A DNA stretch of 55,268 nucleotides, filler included, from Catajapyx aquilonaris (taxonomy: Eukaryota): NCBI GenBank assembly GCA_000934665.2. It is 2 parts of 2 records of this genome, joined end to end, with 100 filler letters (N's around TTAATTAATTAA, not from the genome) between each part and the next. Parts side by side here need not be neighbours in the genome. Positions count along the whole stretch, not along the records: positions 27,731 to 55,268 come from JYFJ02005040.1; 1 more part is not named here. One strand, written 5' to 3'. A model generated the notes under the pieces. The model was not told the origin of the DNA. It saw only the letters and a program-made list of their open reading frames with translations, and made no database searches. The stretch's first letter is position 1; every line of letters starts with the position of its first letter. The translations under genes and the position numbers were made by a program. Positions 48,471-55,268 of the stretch are shown piece by piece.

Positions 48471-48756
48471 CTCGTCATATCTGCAATCATATCTGAAACA
48501 TAATATTTATTGCTCTTTAAAAAAATCATGCAATAGACTCGAACTGTTGACAAAAAAATGTGCAAAGTAATGTTTACAATACTAATTAAAGTGTAGTGTT
48601 TGCAGTTGTGGTACCAAAGCAAATGAGGAAAACTTGTTGCAGTTCTTCACAATACGTAATAAGAGTGTGACATTATTGTGAATTATTGTATATTATCCAA
48701 TAATTTTTCCAATAATTATAATACCGGTATCATATAATATTATATATATATATATA

Positions 48757-48904
48757 TATATTTATTTGATTATGACATAACCTAATAAATATAATACAAT
48801 AATTATAATATCATATAATATTAACATATTATGTTAATTATTATTATATGATATTATAATTATTGTATTATATTTATTAGGTTATGTCATAATCAAATAA
48901 ATAT
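48757..48904. repeat. AT-rich inverted repeat (~63-bp arms) in the LARP6 5'-UTR intron
   Basis: atatttatttgattatgacataacctaataaatataatac... and its reverse complement ...gtattatatttattaggttatgtcataatcaaataaatat. Confidence 0.85.
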
Positions 48905-49582
48905 GATACAATAATTATAATATTAATTATTGTATCATTTGTATATTTCAAAGTATAAATTATCGTGAAGTACTTGTACGAAGATTGTGAAACAGAAGTG
49001 AAATTTAATATGTATACGGGGTGTAATTTATCGAACTGATGATAAATGAGTATAACTAATTAATATTAACCTGGTTACGATGAGACGAGGCACGGACACT
49101 GCGGCGGCCATTCTTTCTTCCAGCAGGTGACACACAAACACTACAGGCGACGACGTCCTCCTCCGGTCACTCCTTGTCCGCTTCTGACGAGTCCAACACG
49201 CCGTACCGAAGTATACGTATTATACCCCTATCCTCCTCTTCACCTATACGATAGATAAGAGACGCATGCGCCCCACGTACACTATCAGCAATTTATCATT
49301 ACACACGTACAGTACACGTATGACCTTGCTTGGTGAAGACCTCTCTCACCTTCAAGGACACCATATATTATTATAATAAACTGAATAAGTCAAAGGGAGG
49401 GGATGGACAGACATTGAACGACGGACATCCGTTCCAGGTCCGTGGGGAAAGGTCTACCAGAGCAAAAAAAGCTGTAGACGACTATCTATTTCCGTCGTCC
49501 GGACTTAATAATAGGACCAACAAGAGATAGATCATTCTGCTGATGCCCCGTTGCACGAATAAGGAATAATGTCGGACTCTAT

Positions 49583-50653
49583 GGGCCGAATTCAGAGAGG
49601 TTGCTTAACGTAAACGCGCCCGATTGAATCCTTTAGTCATCCTCGATTAGCAAACAGGGCCGAATTCAGAGAGGTTACTTAACTTAAACGCGCCCGATTA
49701 AATCCTTTAGTCATCCTCGATTAGCAAACAGGGCCGAATTCAGAGAGGTCACTTAACTTAAACGCGCCCGATTAAATCCTTTAGTCATCCTCGATTAGCA
49801 AACAGGGCCGAATTCAGAGAGGTTACTTAACTTAAACGCGCCCGATTAAATCCTTTAGTCATCCTCGATTAGCAAATTTAAAAGTGCTAGCAAGTGCGAT
49901 TAGGGGTCGTTTAGCGCTAATCGCGCCGTCTTTGTATTAGCAGGTTGGTTTTTGCTAATCGAGGATGCCTAAAGGATTTAATCGGGCGCGTTTACGTTAA
50001 GCAACCTCTCTGAATTCGGCCCTTGTTGTTTGAACTTGGCGGGTTTTTAATGTTATTTCGACGGGGAATTCCCCGCTTCGTTATTATTCCACATTTGCAC
50101 CAATCAGCACCAATCTCATCTATTTTCATTTATTTTGGTCCTTTGCCTATTTCTCATTCATTGGGGCCGAATTCAGAGAGGTTTCTTAACGTAAACGCGC
50201 CCGATTAAATCCTTTAGTAATCCTCGATTAGCAAATTTAACCAACCTGCTAATACAAAGACGGGCGATTAGCGCTAAACGACCCCTAATCGCACTTGCTA
50301 GCACTTTGGGCCGAATTCAGAGAGGTTGCTTAACGTAAACGCGCCTGATTAAATCCTTTAGTCATCCTCGATTAGCAAATTTAACCAACCTGCTAATACA
50401 AAGACGGGCGATTAGCGCTAAACGACCCCTAATCGCACTTGCTAGCACGTTGGGCCGAATTCAGAGAGGTTGCTGAACGTAAACGCGCCTGATTAAATCC
50501 TTTAGTCATCCTCGATTAGCAAATTTAACCAACCTGCTAATACAAAGACGGGCGATTAGCGCTAAACGACCCCTAATCGCACTTGCTAATCGAGGACGAC
50601 TAAAGGATTTAATCGGGCGCGTTTACGTTAAGCAACCTCTCTGAATTCGGCCC
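49583..50653. mobile_element. Two oppositely oriented MITEs (GGGCCGAATTC...GAATTCGGCCC) with tandemly amplified arms
   Basis: Arm starts at 49583, 49657, 49731, 49805 (74-bp period), inverted end 50022; starts at 50164, 50308, 50452 (144-bp period), inverted end 50653. Confidence 0.88.
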
Positions 50654-51549
50654 TTGATAATTATTTAATTTGATATGTACACAGCCTGCTTTTCATGGAA
50701 ATATTTGATATGTTGACACGATTATTTTTCGCCAAGGTTATAGCCTGCAATATTATTTAATTGCAATCGCTGTACTTCCAATGTACTTTACAGTGTACAG
50801 CGCATCGCAGAGTGCGTTTATTGGCTGCTGTGTCTGCTTATGTGAATGTACAGAACAAAATAAAACAGTCGCAATTTACGAGTGTTTATACATTCGTCGC
50901 GCACACATCGGTATGCCAATTAATTAGAAGCTAAGAAGAAAAAAAAGGGCTGCGTTTTATGGACTTGTCGACCTTTTGAAGACCCCCTACAGTCTATGTG
51001 AAATATCTAGTTACATAAGTTAGCGGATTTTCCGACTTATGCGCAACCAGTCTGACTGGTTGAAATATTATAATCACACTTGGTGCACAGCATATAAGAC
51101 ATACCGTTATAAACCAGCATATAATGAAGATGATTCATTTAAACTATAAGCATCACATATCTCGATCATCATAGTGTGTGAATTGGGCTTAATGATATCA
51201 GCGCTGCGTAATTGATAACAATTAGAGCTTTGCTAAATCCGGTCGTCATGTCCGGCGTACTCTAACTTCGTCGTGATGATGAAACCGGATACATTTTCGA
51301 TGACGTTTCATGGCTTCCGTTGCGTCACGTACGTATAAAACCGGTCTTTCGTCATACACACCTATACGTGATACCGGATTCGTCTGGAGAGGAGACGACC
51401 CCCATGCAAATTCAGGGGAGGATTGAACACGCTCTAATTGTACATTCAGATTGGTCGGTACTTGGGGGTAGCAAGTGCCGTCCTACATACGCAACAATGC
51501 ACTGACCTATCAGGTTTAAAATCGTGCCCGACAGTCGACTCTGGCTCTA

Positions 51550-52271
51550 CATGTGACTCATCACCAACGTGCATGGGGTTGCCACTTTCCCCCGTGGAGT
51601 GGCAGCAGTGTGCAGAGAAGGACGATGAGCGCCATCTGTTTGTGCCATATCGTACTTGGTCCGGAGGTGGGCCAGCTAGGCAGTGTTGCCAAATTTTAGC
51701 ATCTGGTACATAAGAGGCGCAAACATTCGATTTCCGCGTCTCTCTGTTTGGGGCCATTTTGAAGTGTGGGCAACGCCAACGAGGTATAAATAGGGTACAG
51801 GCAAAAATAGCGTCCGCCATCTTTGATTCGCGCGTGTTCTTGCCGTGTAGTTGCCATGGCCGCTAAAACCATCAAAGATGCCTAGCTGTACCCTATTTAT
51901 ACCTCGTTGGCGTTGCCCACACTTCGAAATGGCCCCAAACAGAGAGACGCGGAAATCGAATGTTTGCGCCTCTTATGTAGTAAGTATATGCTCCCTGATC
52001 TGGCAGCATATAGGAAAGTTTGTAGACTAATGTTTATGGCAACAAACATATCAAAAGAAAGAACTGGCTTCACTGCTATATTAGTCACATGCAGAATAGG
52101 CGTGACTCTCTGTCCCTGCACATGCTGACTCATCACCAACGTGCATGTAGTTGCCACTTTCCCCGTGGAGTGGCAGCAGTGGGAGATGCGCGCCATCTGT
52201 TTGAGGCATATCGTACTAAGTCCAAATGGGGACCTATCCGGACAGTGTTGCCAAGCGTTTTGGCATCTGGT
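51550..52271. mobile_element. Second copy of the ThrRS-intron MITE (51707-51997) between two diverged ~150-bp direct repeats
   Basis: tacataagaggcgcaaac...gtttgcgcctcttatgta..gctccctg; direct repeats tgactcatcaccaacgtgcatg...gcatctggt at ~51552-51707 and ~52120-52271. Confidence 0.8.
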
Positions 52272-53260
52272 TTTACTACTAGTGTAGCCTACATAAGGGA
52301 ATGTTTGTTTGTTTGTTTGTTTGTCCATGGCGATTTGTCACCATTGCATCAAACAGTTGCGCACACATATCTCGCCATGTGATTTCCGATCGCTAAATTG
52401 CGCGACAATTATTATTATCCAGATCTAATCAAAGATGACATACAATGTTCGCACTTGAACTATCGACCACTTATTTTTAATCGGTCTCTGTGTACTTTCA
52501 GTGCGACACTTTTATTGTGACAATGTGAAGAAGAAAGAAAAACAGAGTCGCGCAGTAATATTGTAAACAAGTCCGCGACTTGACCTCTTCCCTTACATTG
52601 GAAAAAAATATATAATACATAGCTATATATTATAATCATATGGTGTTGTTTGATAAATGATGTCCAAAGCACCGTATTGATTGATCGGAATCGATCACTC
52701 AAATCGTCTCACCTTCACCTTCACCTTGAATAATGAGACCATTTACATCTATTGACGTGAATAGAAGAAGAGGAAAAAAACACCCACGTATGTACAGAAA
52801 ATTTCATCATAACTGAACAGCCCTCCCCCCCCCCCCATTCAAATCACTCTGAAGATAATTTCAAGTTGAGAAAAATTAATAATAAGGAGCAACGAACGTC
52901 TTTATAAATAGATCTGTGGGAATATATTACATTACAATTAAAGGTCCAGCAGGTTTATTTCTAGTGCTGACCCAAACTTCATCCATAAATGGATAAGGTT
53001 TCCTTATTGCGATAGATGCAATTGCTGTGCCAGGTCTTATCTCCTCGCGACAAGGTATAGGCTGAATCTTTACCCAGAAGATCCCGTCAACATTATAATT
53101 TGCTATCATCGACGACTATCACTATATAGTCACCTTTACCTGCGTCAGAAAATGTCCCATCAGTCACGAGGAAACCTATTAGTCATTCATTTGGAGAGAG
53201 AAAAAAAATTAAAGATAATTCCAAGTTCAGTTATTGCACAATTAAAAAGGTGGGCGACAA

Positions 53261-53316
53261 ATATGACGTACGTCACTGTTTATTTATTAATAAATAAACA
53301 GTGACGTACGCCATAT
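53261..53316. repeat. 56-bp loopless palindrome
   Basis: atatgacgtacgtcactgtttatttatt|aataaataaacagtgacgtacgccatat (one mismatch). Confidence 0.9.
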
Positions 53317-53547
53317 TAAAGACACAGTGAACAATTGTACGTGTCTTTGCATGACTCGTCATGACACCAAAGAAAAATATATAATTCACAGTATATTAAA
53401 TCTCATACTTTGAGTATATCAATGCTGTGCTATATTAAAGTTTCATATATCGTAAATATTATTTATTTTTATAATAAAAGGGTCGATTTTCTCAGTTCCT
53501 TACGTGTACTGTCGCGTATTGACACTTTGGAATAATATTATAGACTC

Positions 53548-53710
53548 CCCAGGTAGCACACTTCGTCGGCCCGATGTCGGCAAATGACATCGGGCCAATG
53601 TTGGGGAGCGATGTCGGGCCAATGTAAAACGGTTAACTTTTTGTCACATCGGGCAGACGTTGGCATTCGATGTTGGGCCGATGTTGGCATACAGTGCTGA
53701 CCCGATCTAC
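53548..53710. repeat. DNA-transposon-end-like fragment with short cgatgtcgg/gggccaatgt repeats
   Basis: cccaggtagcaca followed by several internal motif copies; no partner end seen. Confidence 0.4.
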
Positions 53711-54329
53711 ATTATACCCTATATTTATATGAAACCTGACGTCATTATCATGCTTTATAGACCACTGCAACAACACAAAAATAAAGATAAGACCTGTTGT
53801 AATAAGTGTACACCCTGTTTCACCCTGTACACTCACCTAAAACAATCTCTTCAATTTCTGCATGAAGGTGTCGTGTATATGCAAATGAGGCGAAATCCTG
53901 CGAATAGAGTTCACGTGTAATTAACAGCACGTACTGTTTGCAATTTCAATTAGCAATTACGGTCTGAGCATGGTCAAGGACGAAATAAGATGAGGTCATT
54001 TCAATATGCGTCCAAAATCCTGCGTACTTTTCAACGAAACGGCATAAGGAGGCATCCTATGATCATCCCGTATAATTTTTTAAATAATTAAATAGCGCTG
54101 GTTTTTTAAATGTCCACTTTAAATACAGTACTGTAAATGGAATTAAAGCAAGTAGTGTACAAGTTGGCCGCGAGAGGCGCCACATTCCGACGGCACGTTG
54201 CGCCTCCAAACGGGCAGATCCGGAACTAGGTGACAGGCATGTACTCGCAGTCCGCACTTGAAAAGTCTAATTACTTCAATGCCTCGCTAATTACAGGGTG
54301 TACATTGCTGTTAAATTCTTCCAGACACG

Positions 54330-54627
54330 ATGGGCCGAATCAGGCACAGAGTTGGAGACGGCTCGTCCAAGCTGGTGGCCCCCAAAAGCGATTTCCACCT
54401 CTGCATCGGAGAGGCGCTGGAGAATCTCGGTAATTAAATCATATTTAAAAAAAAAGTGCAATTATTCTGATTAAAGGCATTTAAATCATTTCAATTTTTG
54501 TACAGAGACTGGACATGTGTCGGAGGTACTGCAGCGAAGAGCGCTGGTCATGCCGGACAAGCCGGTTACGGAGTACGTAGATGAGTACGTCTTCTGCATG
54601 TCCGGAGGAAGGATCAAGAGATTTAAG
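54330..54627 (+). CDS. Probable 5' exons of an unidentified gene continuing past the window
   Basis: Exons 54330-54429 and 54506-54627 with GT-AG and matching phase 1: MGRIRHRVGDGSSKLVAPKSDFHLCIGEALENLETGHVSEVLQRRALVMPDKPVTEYVDEYVFCMSGGRIKRFK; GC-rich islands in AT-rich DNA. Confidence 0.55.
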
Positions 54628-55011
54628 GTTATAAAGGGACCTAATATTTACACTATAAGTAATGTAGGAAATAACATACAAAATGATATGATACTATAAA
54701 AGAAATAATATCAAGTTGTATGGAAATATGAAAATTGTACGAAATAATAAGTGAAATTAAAATGAAATATAAAAATTATGTAAAAATGAAATTAATACAA
54801 AATATATTAAAATAGTGCAAAATATATGGAAAATATCAAAGTGCTACAATGTCTGAAAATAAAAAATTATGCACAATTGATGAATATATTATGATAAAAT
54901 TTATATTGCATTAATATATTTTGTATCATCTTTTCCATATATTTTGTTGTCATTTTCATAATTTCATACATTTTGTATTATTTTTATGTTTAGGGCCTAC
55001 ATTTATTTTGT

Positions 55012-55040
55012 ATAGCAAGATACCCGGCGTTGCTCGGGTT
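55012..55040 (-). mobile_element. Helitron-like 3' hairpin end
   Basis: Minus ACCCG-AGCAACGC-CGGGT ATCTTGCTAT resembles 8706-8734, but the CTAG is mutated. Confidence 0.4.
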
Positions 55041-55268
55041 ATGAAATACTTTTCCATAGGAGTGACCCATTGATTTGGTAGTAACCTTTGCAATAATTAT
55101 GGCTATACAATGTCGGCATACCTGTAACATGGAGCATTGCATGTATACATGAAGTCCAAGCAACACACTGCGGATGTCATATTGTAAGAGAGTACACAAT
55201 GCACCTCCAAAATCCAGCAAAAGTATGTAATGAAAAATTGAAGGTTGTGCAGTAAATGTAGAATGTAG

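Noticed and set aside
49583..50653. CRISPR-like array
   Set aside because: No unique spacers; terminal inverted copies show MITE structure.

Overview
Eukaryotic (invertebrate animal, probably arthropod) genomic DNA with many short (~52-100 nt) spliceosomal introns, so the ORF track shows exon fragments. I rebuilt gene models by hand from splice sites and frame continuity. A 100-nt artificial spacer (N44-TTAATTAATTAA-N44, 27631-27730) splits the window, so linkage across it is unproven. Left part: a 7-exon secreted serpin (-), a 5-exon orphan low-complexity gene (-), synaptophysin-family gene (+), CCDC77 (-). Right part: a 9-exon BED-finger/hAT-transposase-derived gene with all three DDE residues substituted (+), F-box/LRR gene (-), two-Tudor gene (+), COMMD4 (+), threonyl-tRNA synthetase (+), LARP6 (-) and the probable 5' end of an unknown gene. 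Introns and intergenic DNA contain tRNA-derived SINEs (one V-SINE-like), MITE/foldback elements, Helitron-like remnants, mariner relics, minisatellites and several near-perfect palindromes. The most striking observation is an upstream exon encoding an EF1B-beta/GST-C-like domain that can splice in frame onto ThrRS and may be alternatively included. The second is the intron-rich, catalytically dead (probably domesticated) hAT transposase. All family assignments come from remembered motifs; no searches were run.
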